A DNA stretch of 64,000 nt, from the NCBI GenBank assembly GCA_903825255.1, contig CAIJZZ010000030.1:20956-84955 (forward strand). The letters run 5' to 3'. The notes beneath the pieces were generated by a model that saw nothing but the letters and a program-made list of their open reading frames with translations, was not told the DNA's origin and did no database searches. Source of the DNA: an uncultured bacterium. Its GTDB lineage: Bacteria; Patescibacteriota; Minisyncoccia; Phycocordibacterales; UBA9973. Below, in pieces: positions 1 to 9,466 of this stretch (the first letter of the stretch is position 1; every line of letters begins with the position of its first letter). The position numbers and the translations under genes are program-made.

Positions 1-517
1 AAAACATTATATCCAAGAAAAAAAAGGTGAAGTTAGAAATGAAAATGAAGAAATTATAGGTTATCATGATGGCGCAGTTTTCCATACCTTAGGAGAACGT
101 CACGGCTTTACGATTACTAAAAAAAGTCCGACAGATGGAGCTTATTATATAATTGCGAAGGACATAGAGAAAAATATTTTATATGTGTCTCAAGACAAAA
201 ACTATCTTAAAAAGAGCACGGATATTTTTTTACTAAAAAATTCCTCGTGCTCGCGCCAGTCGCGTTTCCAAGTCTCTTTTCAAAATAATTTTTGTCTTTC
301 GTTAAAAGAGGTAAATTGGATTTCACAAGTTCCTAAAGAAAATAAAAAATATACTGCCCAAATTCGTTATCATGGGGAATTTTTAAAGTGCCAAATAAGA
401 AATTTTAAACCAGATTCTGTTCAGGTAATTTTTGAAAAACAAATTCTCGTCGATTCCGGTCAATCCTGTGTTTTATATGATAAAGATATTTGCTTAGGTG
501 GAGGAGTAATAATCTAG
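1..517 (+). CDS. mnmA: tRNA 2-thiouridylase MnmA, C-terminal part (5' truncated by the window), carrying an in-frame palindromic insertion
   Basis: Frame open from base 2: ...IGYHDGAVFHTLGERHG...AKDIEKNILYV...AQIRYHG...GQSCVLYDKDICLGGGVI, matching the MnmA middle and C-terminal motifs. Confidence 0.9.
   Translation, partial: KHYIQEKKGEVRNENEEIIGYHDGAVFHTLGERHGFTITKKSPTDGAYYIIAKDIEKNILYVSQDKNYLKKSTDIFLLKNSSCSRQSRFQVSFQNNFCLSLKEVNWISQVPKENKKYTAQIRYHGEFLKCQIRNFKPDSVQVIFEKQILVDSGQSCVLYDKDICLGGGVII
192..298. repeat. MITE-like palindromic element inside mnmA
   Basis: 24-nt imperfect terminal inverted repeats 193-216 and 274-297 (21/24 complementary); internal hairpin GAGCACG...CGTGCTC; reading frame preserved. 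Confidence 0.65.
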
Positions 518-553
518 CTTTGAAAAATTCTTACTACGAGTTATAATATCAAA

Positions 554-1030
554 ATGATACAAATTTTTACACAGAATAGTGAAGTTATTTTTAGATTATT
601 ACTAGCTGTAGTCTTAGGGATGTTGATTGGAGCAGAGCGTCTCTTAGTTCATAAGGAAGCTGGGATGAAAACTCATGCACTAGTTTCGATGGGTTCTGCG
701 CTTTTTATAATTATTTCTGAATATTTAGCCATAAAATATCAAGGTTTCGGTGGTTTTAATCCAGCTATAATTGCTGCTAATATTATTGTTGGTATTGGAT
801 TTTTAGGCGCTGGTTCTATTATTCACCAGGGTGATAAACCAATGGGGCTTACGACAGCCGCTGGTTTTTGGGTTACAGCAGCGATAGGTATGTCTGCCGG
901 GTTTGGTATGTTTAGCTTAGCAATTATTGCCACAATCCTTGTGCTTATTATTTTTATTGTGATGAATTTAATTGAAAAACCTATCAAAAAAATTTCTGAT
1001 AGAGCTTTAGCAAAAAATCAAAAAGAATAA
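554..1030 (+). CDS. MgtC/SapB family membrane protein
   Basis: RLLLA..LG..IG.ER...AGMKTH, GIGFLGAG, GLTTAA..W motifs. Confidence 0.9.
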   Translation: MIQIFTQNSEVIFRLLLAVVLGMLIGAERLLVHKEAGMKTHALVSMGSALFIIISEYLAIKYQGFGGFNPAIIAANIIVGIGFLGAGSIIHQGDKPMGLTTAAGFWVTAAIGMSAGFGMFSLAIIATILVLIIFIVMNLIEKPIKKISDRALAKNQKE

Positions 1031-1041
1031 AAAATAATTTT

Positions 1042-2685
1042 ATGCAATCGAATGAAATCAGGCAACGATTTTTAAATTTTTTTGAAAAAAGGGGACATAA
1101 AATAATTCCTTCTTCTTCTTTGGTTCCAGAGAATGATCCTTCAGTATTATTTACGACGGCTGGTATGCAACAATTCAAGCCATATTATTTAAATCATAAT
1201 TTAGCTCTAAAAGATTTTGGTGCAAAAAATATCACGACTGTGCAGAAATGCATTCGTACAGGCGACATTGAAGAAGTGGGTGACAATACACATCTTACTT
1301 TTTTTGAAATGTTAGGTAATTTTTCTTTTGGCGGATATGGTCGCAAAGAGGCCATAGAGTATGCTTATGAGTTTATTACTAAAGAAATGAAGTTGGAAAT
1401 TTCTTATGTGACTATTTTTGAAGGAGATAAAAATATGCCGAAAGACGAAGAATCAGAAAAAATTTGGAAAGAGCTCGGTATAAAAAATATAAAAGGAGAG
1501 TTAGAAGAAGTTTTCTGGGGACCGACGGGGGACAGTGGGCCTTGTGGACCAACCACGGAGATATATTGCAAAAATGCCGAAGGTATTGATGTGGAAATTT
1601 GGAATATAGTTTTTAATGAATATTTTTGTAATGGTTCGCGAGAACAATTAGATAAAGGAGAAGCAAAGCTTGAAAGATTGCCTGTAGTAGGAGTTGATAC
1701 AGGGATGGGACTTGAGAGATTAGTCACTATCGTACAAAAAAAGGAAAGTGTGTACGATACAGATTTATTTAGCGGAGAGAAAACAAAAGAGGAAAGAATT
1801 GTGGCTGATCATATTAAGGCGGCTCTTTTTATGATTTTTGATGGAGTGCATCCCTCAAACGTTGGACCAGGTTATGTTTTACGTAGATTGATTCGCCGGG
1901 CAGTGCGATTTTCTAAAAAACCTTTAGAAGAAATTATTAAAAAAAATAAAGATATTTACTCAGGTATTTACAATATTGATGATAAAGAAGAAATTAAAAA
2001 GGAAGAAAATAAATTTAGAGAAACTCTTGAGAAAGGAATGAAGGAATTTGAAAAAGGTATTGATCCATTTATACTTTTCACTACTTATGGTTTTCCTATA
2101 GAACTTACCTTGGAATTGGCCAAAGAAAAAGGAATAAAAATAGATTTAGAAGGTTTTAATCAGAAGATGACAGAACATCAGAAGCTCTCACAGACTGCTT
2201 CGGCTGGCATGTTTAAAGGTGGACTTGCGAATCATAATGAAAAAACAATAAGGCTACATACAGCGCATCATTTACTTTTAGCAGCTTTGCAGAAAATAGT
2301 CAGTCCTGAAATAAAACAAAAAGGCAGTAATATTACTGAAGAGCGTTTGAGAATGGATTTTACTTTCGAGCGTAAATTGACTGAAGAAGAAAAAAAGAAA
2401 GTGGAAGATTTAGTAAATGAAAAAATTAAGGAAGGTTTAAGTGTAATTAAAAAAGAAATGCCTTTAGCTGAGGCCGAAAAATTAGGCGCGCAAATGGAAT
2501 TTGGCGCTAAATACCCCGAAGTTGTTTCAGTTTATTTTGTAGAAGAGCCAGACGGTACTTATTTTTCTAAAGAATTTTGTGGCGGTCCACATGTGAACAA
2601 CACGGGTGAGCTAGGATATTTTAAAATTCAAAAAGAAGAAGCCAGTTCTCAAGGTGTCAGACGTATAAAAGCTGTACTTGAATAA
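1042..2685 (+). CDS. alaS: Alanine--tRNA ligase, compact form (catalytic plus editing domain, no C-Ala domain)
   Basis: LFTTAGMQQFK, HLTFFEMLGNFSFG, DTGMGLERL, editing motifs HTAHH and CGGPH. Confidence 0.95.
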   Translation: MQSNEIRQRFLNFFEKRGHKIIPSSSLVPENDPSVLFTTAGMQQFKPYYLNHNLALKDFGAKNITTVQKCIRTGDIEEVGDNTHLTFFEMLGNFSFGGYGRKEAIEYAYEFITKEMKLEISYVTIFEGDKNMPKDEESEKIWKELGIKNIKGELEEVFWGPTGDSGPCGPTTEIYCKNAEGIDVEIWNIVFNEYFCNGSREQLDKGEAKLERLPVVGVDTGMGLERLVTIVQKKESVYDTDLFSGEKTKEERIVADHIKAALFMIFDGVHPSNVGPGYVLRRLIRRAVRFSKKPLEEIIKKNKDIYSGIYNIDDKEEIKKEENKFRETLEKGMKEFEKGIDPFILFTTYGFPIELTLELAKEKGIKIDLEGFNQKMTEHQKLSQTASAGMFKGGLANHNEKTIRLHTAHHLLLAALQKIVSPEIKQKGSNITEERLRMDFTFERKLTEEEKKKVEDLVNEKIKEGLSVIKKEMPLAEAEKLGAQMEFGAKYPEVVSVYFVEEPDGTYFSKEFCGGPHVNNTGELGYFKIQKEEASSQGVRRIKAVLE

Positions 2686-2782
2686 CAACAACCGTGCTGT
2701 ATGGATTATCATATACCAATAGCTCTCGGACATTAAATAAATAAACTTGTTTATGTTCCTCGTTTATTGGTATAATTATTGT

Positions 2783-3958
2783 ATGGGAATTTTTTCAAAA
2801 AAGAAAAAAGAAGCTGAACTAACAGCTGTATTTGATATTGGTTCTTCTTCAGTGGGTGCAGCACTTTTTTATAAACAAAATACAGGAGTTCCTAAAATAA
2901 TTTTTTCTATTCGTGAACCTATCAAATTTGAAGAAAAAATAGAATTTGATAAATTTTTATCTTTGACTATGAAGTCACTAGACATTTTGGTAAAGAAAAT
3001 TTCTTTGGCAGGTTTTGGCGCACCTCTAAGTATTTTTTGTGTTTTATCTTCTCCGTGGTATGTTTCTCAGACTCGCCATATAACCTTACAGAAAAATGTC
3101 CCGTTTTTATTTACTTCTAAATTAGCTGACAATCTAACTCAAAGAGAAATTACTCTCTTTAAAGAAGAGCATTTATTAAAATATGCGAATACCTCTAATG
3201 AGATTAGACAAATTGAGATAAAAAATATAAAGACCATGTTGAATGGCTATGCCATTTTAGACCCATTAAATAAGCAAACTGAAGAGATCAAAATGTCCTT
3301 TTTTGTTTCTATGGCTGAAGAAAAAGTTTTAAAAAATATTGAGGAAGTAATAAGTAAACATTTTCATACAAAAAATATTAAATTTTCTTCTTTTTTAATG
3401 GCCTCTTTTGCTGTAGTACGTGATCTTTTCATAAATCAAGAAGATTTTCTTTTAATAGACATTAGTGGAGAAGTGACAGACATTTCAATTGTAAAAAAAG
3501 ATACTCTAAGTGAATCTATATCATATCCTTTAGGTCGCAATTTTATGATTCGTGGAATAGCCGGAGCCCTAGATTGTTCACTCGACGAAGCAAAATCATT
3601 TCTTTCATTATATAAAGACGGGCATGCCCTAGAATCTTTTGAGAAAAAACTCGAACCAGTTATTAATCAATTAAAAAATGAATGGTTAAAAGTATTTCAA
3701 GAATCATTAGTTAATCTTTCTAATGACATTTCCATTCCCGCGACTGTTTTTATTACCATTGATCAGGGCTTCGCTGATTTTTTCTCTGAAATTATAAAAA
3801 ATGAACAATTTAATCAATATGTTTTAAGTGAATCAAAATTCAAGATTACTTTCTTAGGTACAGAGGCACTTCATGGTATAGCTTCGTTTCAAGAAAATGT
3901 AATTCGTGATCCTTTTATGATTTTAGAGTCAGTTTATATTAATAGATTTTTACATTAA
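2783..3958 (+). CDS. FtsA/PilM-like actin-fold protein
   Basis: VFDIGSSSV and LIDISGEVTDI phosphate-loop-like motifs; start moved to ATG 2783, 6 nt after TATAAT. Confidence 0.6.
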   Translation: MGIFSKKKKEAELTAVFDIGSSSVGAALFYKQNTGVPKIIFSIREPIKFEEKIEFDKFLSLTMKSLDILVKKISLAGFGAPLSIFCVLSSPWYVSQTRHITLQKNVPFLFTSKLADNLTQREITLFKEEHLLKYANTSNEIRQIEIKNIKTMLNGYAILDPLNKQTEEIKMSFFVSMAEEKVLKNIEEVISKHFHTKNIKFSSFLMASFAVVRDLFINQEDFLLIDISGEVTDISIVKKDTLSESISYPLGRNFMIRGIAGALDCSLDEAKSFLSLYKDGHALESFEKKLEPVINQLKNEWLKVFQESLVNLSNDISIPATVFITIDQGFADFFSEIIKNEQFNQYVLSESKFKITFLGTEALHGIASFQENVIRDPFMILESVYINRFLH

Positions 3959-3965
3959 AATATTT

Positions 3966-5246
3966 ATGCCCAAAAATTCGTTTCAAGATTTTGTAAAAAT
4001 TAATAAAGCAGATAAAATAGAAAAGATAGAAAAAGAGCAAATTCTAAGGGATTTTAAGCGTCCTAAAGTAGAATCTAGTTTTAGCCAAGAAATATTAGAA
4101 GGAAGAAAAAGAGAAGGATCCAAATATACTATTTGGATAGTTGCTTTAGTTTCAATTATATTTTTATTTTTTGCCGTTTCTTTTTTATTTTCTAGTGCCA
4201 AAATTTTTGTTGACCCAAAAGTTCAAAACATTACTTTAGATCAGAATTTTTCGGCTGTGAAAAATGTCGGCACTTCTGATTTGACGTTTGATTTAATATC
4301 TCTCAATGGAGAAGAAAATATGACAGTGAAAGGTGGTGATGTACAAAATGTGGAAAGTAAAGCAGTGGGTACGGTTATTATTTACAATTCTTATAGCTCT
4401 TCACCTCAAACTCTTTCAATAAATACAAAATTAGAAGGTTCAAATGGAAAAATTTATAAAACCAAAACAAAAGTAATAGTCCCAGGGATGAAAAGTAAAG
4501 ATTTACCTGGGTCAGTCGAAGTAGATATTTATGCGTCGGAAGCAGGGGAAGAATATAATAACACTCCACAAGACTTTAAGATTCTTATATTTAAAGGAAC
4601 AGCAAAATATACTAAATTTTATGTCAGATCTAAAGGAGAAATTACTGGTGGACTAAAAGGTCAATTTAGCCAGATTTCTGATACTGATAAATCAAATGCA
4701 ATTGAGCAACTTAAAAATAATCTTCAAAATAAGTTATTAAAGAAAGCAACAGATCAAATTCCTAGTGGCTATATTCTCTTTAAAGACGGAGCATTTTTAG
4801 AGACAGATGGAGGTAATATCGGAGTAGCTACTCCTGATAACTTAATACCTGTAAGTGTTTCAGGTACTCTTTATGGATTCATTTTTAATGAGAAAGAATT
4901 AACCAAAAAAATAATAGCTGACAAAATACAAAATTATAATAATGATGATGTTTATATAGATAACCTTCAAAATTTAATTTTTTCACTTTCGAATCAAGAA
5001 AGTATTTCTTTTAAGGATATTGAAAATATTAATTTCAATTTAAATGGCAATGTTAAAATTATTTGGAATATAGATAAAATTAAATTAATTGCTGACCTTC
5101 TCGGTAAAAATAAAAGTGATTTTAGTCAAATCATGACTAACTATCCTAATATTAGCTCTGCAAGTTTATCGATTAAACCGATTTGGAAAAGTTCCTTACC
5201 AGACAAAAGTGATAAAATTGATATTATTATAAATACTCCAAAATAA
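3966..5246 (+). CDS. Single-TM protein with a baseplate-J-like extracellular domain
   Basis: One TM helix (IWIVALVSIIFLFFAVSFLF); KAVGTVIIYN, VPG...A.EAGEEYN and ITGG motifs resemble baseplate J/gp47-like CPR proteins. Confidence 0.55.
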   Translation: MPKNSFQDFVKINKADKIEKIEKEQILRDFKRPKVESSFSQEILEGRKREGSKYTIWIVALVSIIFLFFAVSFLFSSAKIFVDPKVQNITLDQNFSAVKNVGTSDLTFDLISLNGEENMTVKGGDVQNVESKAVGTVIIYNSYSSSPQTLSINTKLEGSNGKIYKTKTKVIVPGMKSKDLPGSVEVDIYASEAGEEYNNTPQDFKILIFKGTAKYTKFYVRSKGEITGGLKGQFSQISDTDKSNAIEQLKNNLQNKLLKKATDQIPSGYILFKDGAFLETDGGNIGVATPDNLIPVSVSGTLYGFIFNEKELTKKIIADKIQNYNNDDVYIDNLQNLIFSLSNQESISFKDIENINFNLNGNVKIIWNIDKIKLIADLLGKNKSDFSQIMTNYPNISSASLSIKPIWKSSLPDKSDKIDIIINTPK

Positions 5247-5303
5247 TTTTCCACTTTAATGTTTGACGATAATGTTTAATTTTGTTAGAATTAATAAACT
5301 TAA

Positions 5304-5525
5304 ATGAGTGATTCGAAAAATGATAAAATTTTGACGACTGTAGGTCTTGTGACCGAGGCACTACCCAACACTTTGTTTAGAGTTAAAACAAGAGATGAGA
5401 GTGAAATTTTAGCTTATCTTTCGGGAAAAATGAGAATGCATAGAATAAAAGTTTTGATCGGTGATTCAGTCGAAGTCGTGCTTGATCCCTACGGAGGAAA
5501 AGGGAGAATTGTAAAAAGGTTGTAA
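5304..5525 (+). CDS. infA: Translation initiation factor IF-1
   Basis: EALPNTLFRV...AYLSGKMRMHRIKVLIGD. Confidence 0.97.
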   Translation: MSDSKNDKILTTVGLVTEALPNTLFRVKTRDESEILAYLSGKMRMHRIKVLIGDSVEVVLDPYGGKGRIVKRL

Positions 5526-5582
5526 TTTTTTTAAGAATAGTGTATTATATTAATTGTAGTTTTTAAGAAGTTATAAACATTG

Positions 5583-5608
5583 AAAAATAAGGGTTTTCCC
5601 TTGTTTTT
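5583..5608. terminator. Hairpin between infA and rpmJ
   Basis: AAAAATAAGGG-TTTT-CCCTTGTTTTT. Confidence 0.45.
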
Positions 5609-5637
5609 GTCTTATTTTGAATAAAAGATATATTTAT

Positions 5638-5748
5638 ATGAAAATTAAATCAGCTGTAAAAAAAATTTGTGATAATTGTAAAATAGTAAGACGCCAGAGG
5701 CATTTACGAGTAATTTGTTCGAATCCGAAACATAAACAAAAACAATAA
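5638..5748 (+). CDS. rpmJ: 50S ribosomal protein L36 (not in the ORF track)
   Basis: Manual translation [36 protein letters not shown], located between infA and rpsM. Confidence 0.95.
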   Translation: MKIKSAVKKICDNCKIVRRQRHLRVICSNPKHKQKQ

Positions 5749-5752
5749 TTAT

Positions 5753-6133
5753 ATGAGAATTCTTGGAATCACAGTACCAAATGAAAAGAGACTTGAAATT
5801 GGTTTGACTTGCCTATATGGCATCGGTATTTCTTCTGCTCGTAAAATTTTAGATCAAGTAGAAATAGATTACGGAGTTAAAGCAAAAGATTTAACCCCCG
5901 ATCAAGAAAATAAAATCCGTGCGATTGTGGAAGGGATGAAAATAGAAGGAAATTTAAAAAGAGAAGTTTCTGCAAATATAAAAAGATTGAAAGATATTAA
6001 AGCTTATAGAGGAGTCAGACATATGAAAAGATTACCAGTCAGAGGACAGCGTACCAAGACTAACTCTCGAACAGTCCGGGGGAATGTACGAAAGACAATG
6101 GCCTCAGGTAGAAGAAAAGAAAGTAAGACATAA
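5753..6133 (+). CDS. rpsM: 30S ribosomal protein S13
   Basis: LYGIG, YRGVRH...LPVRGQRTKTNSRT. Confidence 0.97.
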   Translation: MRILGITVPNEKRLEIGLTCLYGIGISSARKILDQVEIDYGVKAKDLTPDQENKIRAIVEGMKIEGNLKREVSANIKRLKDIKAYRGVRHMKRLPVRGQRTKTNSRTVRGNVRKTMASGRRKESKT

Positions 6134-6144
6134 AATTAATTAAA

Positions 6145-6576
6145 ATGGGAAAAACAAAAATTACAACTGAAAATAATACTGAAGCTACTCCTGAGACAAA
6201 AGTAGCCACAGCTAAAACTCCAAAGAAAAAAATTACCTCTGGGATTTTATTTGTCGAAGCCACTTTTAACAATACGAAAGTCATTTTTGGAGACAAATCA
6301 GGAAATGTTTTATTTTGGTCTAGCGCCGGTAGTTTAGGTTTTCGTGGGGCTAAAAAGGGTACACCTTTTGCTGCATCCAAAGTCGGAGATTTGATCGGAG
6401 ATAAAGCTTTAACCCTAGGAATAAAAGATGCTGATGTTGTAGTTTGTGGAGTTGGGTCTGGACGTGAGCCAGCGATTAGAGCTTTTATGGCTCATAACAT
6501 AGAAATAACATCTATCAAAGATGCTACCCCAGTGCCACACAATGGTCCGAAACCTAAAAAGCCAAGACGAGTATAA
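6145..6576 (+). CDS. rpsK: 30S ribosomal protein S11
   Basis: ATFNNT, KKGTPFAA, DATPVPHNG. Confidence 0.97.
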   Translation: MGKTKITTENNTEATPETKVATAKTPKKKITSGILFVEATFNNTKVIFGDKSGNVLFWSSAGSLGFRGAKKGTPFAASKVGDLIGDKALTLGIKDADVVVCGVGSGREPAIRAFMAHNIEITSIKDATPVPHNGPKPKKPRRV

Positions 6577-6597
6577 TGAGAATTTAATTTAAATAAT

Positions 6598-7206
6598 ATG
6601 ATATCAAAACCAAAATTTAAAATTTGTAAAAGATTAGGTCCAGGAGTTTATGACAAATGTCAGACTTCAAAGTTTTCATCTTCCTCTGGCGCAAGTGGTA
6701 AAGCATTTGGAGGACGTCGTCCAAAAGCTCTTTCTGAATATGGAACTCAACTTATTGAAAAACAAAAAATACGTTTTTCTTACGGTATCACTGAGCGTCA
6801 GCTTTCAAACTATGTTAAGAAAGCTTCACATATAAAAGGTGCTGGTACTGCTGAGAAATTTTATGAAGGACTCGAGGCTAGATTAGATAACGTAGTTTAT
6901 CGAATGGGTTTAGCTAACAGTAGACGCGGTTCCAGACAGATGGTTTCCCATGGACATTTCATTGTTAATGATAAAAAAGTGACTATTCCTTCATTTGAAG
7001 TAAAACCTGGAGATATAATAAAAATTCGTGAAGGTTCAAAGACCAAGAAAATTTTTGATGATTTAGTTAACAGAATTAAAGATTATAACCCTCCAGTATG
7101 GCTCACTTTTGATGCAGTAAAGATGGAAGGTAAAATGCTAGACAAACCTAAAAATATTGAGACCTTTCTTGATCTTAATGCAGTGTTAGAGTTTTATAGT
7201 CGTTAA
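6598..7206 (+). CDS. rpsD: 30S ribosomal protein S4
   Basis: SEYG.QL.EKQK, LEARLDNVVYRMG, EFYSR. Confidence 0.97.
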   Translation: MISKPKFKICKRLGPGVYDKCQTSKFSSSSGASGKAFGGRRPKALSEYGTQLIEKQKIRFSYGITERQLSNYVKKASHIKGAGTAEKFYEGLEARLDNVVYRMGLANSRRGSRQMVSHGHFIVNDKKVTIPSFEVKPGDIIKIREGSKTKKIFDDLVNRIKDYNPPVWLTFDAVKMEGKMLDKPKNIETFLDLNAVLEFYSR

Positions 7207-7256
7207 TTTGTTTTTTGTTTATTATTAAAATTTATAAGTAACTTTTTTTAAAAAAA

Positions 7257-8231
7257 ATGCCTGAATATAAAATAATTATGCCTTCTAAGCCCCGTGTTGT
7301 TTTAGAAGAGGGGGACAAAGGAGTTTTTGAAATAGACGGTTTATATCCCGGTTATGGCCACACTCTTGGTAATAGTTTAAGAAGAATTATTCTTTCTTCA
7401 CTACCTGGTGCAAGTATTACATCTATAAAGATAGATGGAGTTTCTCATGAATTTCAGACAATGGATGGAATCAAGGAAGATGTTATAGTTATTATTTTGA
7501 ATCTTAAAAAGATTCGTTTTAAGATGGCATCAGACGAGCCTCAGACTGTGACTCTTTCCATTAAAGGACCAAAAGATGTGACGGCTGCAGATATAAAAAC
7601 TAGTGGACAAGTAGAAGTTTTAAACAAAGATGTTCATATTGCTGAAGTTACTGGGAAGGTTGATTTAAATATTGAAATGAAAATTGAGAAAGGTTTAGGC
7701 TTTATCTCAAAAGAAATGTTACAAAAAGAAAAGGTAGATATTGGTATGATTGCCGTTGATGCTATTTTTACTCCGATCCGTCGTGTTTTTTACGAAGTAG
7801 AAAATATGCGTGTAGGTGATAAGACGAACCACAATCGTTTAAGAATTTCGATTGAAACAGATGGCACCCTCACTCCACGTGAAGCTCTTTCAAAATCAAT
7901 TGAAATTATGATCAATCAATTAAAAGCGATTATTGATTTCAAAGAACCAGAAGTAGAAGTCATTAAGGAAAAGAAATCTGTCAGCAAAGAGGATGAATCA
8001 AAAGAAGAAAAAAAAGATGATGATTTTACAGATGTTTTAAAAACTAGAATTGACAGTTTAGATCTTTCGACTAGAACCTTAAATGCTTTAACGACTGCTA
8101 ATATCAGAACATTAGGAGGACTAGCAAGGAAAAAAAGAGAAGATTTATTAGAAGTTGAAGGAATTGGTGAAAAAGGAATAACTGAAATTAAAAAAGTATT
8201 AGGTAAATTTGGTCTTAATTTGAAAGAATAA
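7257..8231 (+). CDS. rpoA: RNA polymerase alpha subunit
   Basis: GYGHTLGNSLRRI, DAIFTPI, alpha-CTD LSTRTLNAL. Confidence 0.97.
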   Translation: MPEYKIIMPSKPRVVLEEGDKGVFEIDGLYPGYGHTLGNSLRRIILSSLPGASITSIKIDGVSHEFQTMDGIKEDVIVIILNLKKIRFKMASDEPQTVTLSIKGPKDVTAADIKTSGQVEVLNKDVHIAEVTGKVDLNIEMKIEKGLGFISKEMLQKEKVDIGMIAVDAIFTPIRRVFYEVENMRVGDKTNHNRLRISIETDGTLTPREALSKSIEIMINQLKAIIDFKEPEVEVIKEKKSVSKEDESKEEKKDDDFTDVLKTRIDSLDLSTRTLNALTTANIRTLGGLARKKREDLLEVEGIGEKGITEIKKVLGKFGLNLKE

Positions 8232-8240
8232 TTTAAATAT

Positions 8241-8594
8241 ATGCGACACCATAATAATAAAAGAAAATTCGGCAGAACCAAAAACGTGCGAAATGCATTA
8301 GTTAATTCTTTAGCCTTGAATTTGATTGTTCGTGAGAAAATAAAAACTACCGAGCCGAAAGCTAAAGAATTACGACCTTTTATTGAAAAGCTTGTAACTC
8401 GTGCTAAGAGAAAAGATTTAGCTTCACGTAAATTAGTTATTTCCAAACTTTCAAACAGAAGTAAAGAAGTGAAAAAGCTTTTTGAGGTGATCGCCCCAAG
8501 ATATACAGATAAGAAAGGTGGTTACACTCGAGTTTTGAAATTAGGAGCCCGTAAGTCCGACGGTGCTAAGATGGCCATTATTGAGTTTGTATAA
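8241..8594 (+). CDS. rplQ: 50S ribosomal protein L17
   Basis: MRH...KFGR, TTEPKAKELR, GGYTRV. Confidence 0.97.
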   Translation: MRHHNNKRKFGRTKNVRNALVNSLALNLIVREKIKTTEPKAKELRPFIEKLVTRAKRKDLASRKLVISKLSNRSKEVKKLFEVIAPRYTDKKGGYTRVLKLGARKSDGAKMAIIEFV

Positions 8595-8613
8595 TTTATA
8601 AAAATGATTTAAT

Positions 8614-8967
8614 ATGGAAAAGCAAATGAAAACAATTGATGCAAGTGGAAGAACATTAGGTAGAGTTGCCTCAGAGGTAGCCATGTCTTTAATGGGTAAA
8701 ACAAAACCTTCTTTTGAAAGAAACATTTATTCAGGATTTCCAGTAAAAGTAATAAATAGTTCCAAGATTAAAATAACCGCTAAGAAATTAGATACAATTG
8801 TGCATAAAAGATATTCTGGAATGCGTGGCGGTTTACGTATTATGAAAGGGACTGAAACATCAGAAAAAAAAGGAATGAAGGAGCTTGTGAAGCTTGCTGT
8901 TTACCAAATGTTACCAGACAATAAAATAAGACGTGAGATGATGAAAAATTTAAAGATTGAAGATTAA
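8614..8967 (+). CDS. rplM: 50S ribosomal protein L13 (short form)
   Basis: IDASGRTLGRVAS...LMGKTKP, AVYQMLP. Confidence 0.93.
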   Translation: MEKQMKTIDASGRTLGRVASEVAMSLMGKTKPSFERNIYSGFPVKVINSSKIKITAKKLDTIVHKRYSGMRGGLRIMKGTETSEKKGMKELVKLAVYQMLPDNKIRREMMKNLKIED

Positions 8968-8972
8968 TTATT

Positions 8973-9401
8973 ATGGATAAAGAAAAAAAGACAACTAAAA
9001 AAGGATATATTGAAGCAATAGGCCGACGTAAGACTTCTACTGCACGAGTTCGTATTAGTGAAGCTGCTAAGTTTAGTTTTATTGTAAACGGCGAAGACGC
9101 CAAAGAATATTTTAAGACTGAAGATCAAAAGCGTTTGATTTTAGATCCGATAGTCAAAGGTGCAGTTTCCAATAAACAAGATTCTAAATGGGCAATTGAG
9201 GCGAAAGTTATGGGTGGTGGTATTCATTCCCAAGCAGAAGCTATTAGACATGGTTTAGCTAGAGCACTAGTAGATCATGATATAGAACTTCGAGGAAAGT
9301 TGAAAACACTAGGTTTCTTAAAGCGAGATCAGAGGTCTAAAGAGCGTAGAAAATTCGGTTTGAAGAAAGCTCGCAAAGCCCCACAATGGTCTAAGCGTTA
9401 A
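8973..9401 (+). CDS. rpsI: 30S ribosomal protein S9
   Basis: GRRKTSTARV, GGG..SQAEAIRHG, KARKAPQWSKR. Confidence 0.97.
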   Translation: MDKEKKTTKKGYIEAIGRRKTSTARVRISEAAKFSFIVNGEDAKEYFKTEDQKRLILDPIVKGAVSNKQDSKWAIEAKVMGGGIHSQAEAIRHGLARALVDHDIELRGKLKTLGFLKRDQRSKERRKFGLKKARKAPQWSKR

Positions 9402-9420
9402 AATTTTAAATAAAATAATT

Positions 9421-9452
9421 ATAAAAAGAGAGTTGAAAAACTCTCTTTTTAT
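9421..9452 (+). terminator. Intrinsic terminator after rpsI
   Basis: ATAAAAAGAGAGTT-GAAA-AACTCTCTTTTTAT. Confidence 0.75.
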
Positions 9453-9466
9453 GTTAATATAAAGTT

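Noticed and set aside
2686-2760. Possible structured RNA after alaS
   Set aside because: Only short, heavily interrupted pairings; not distinguishable from chance by eye.
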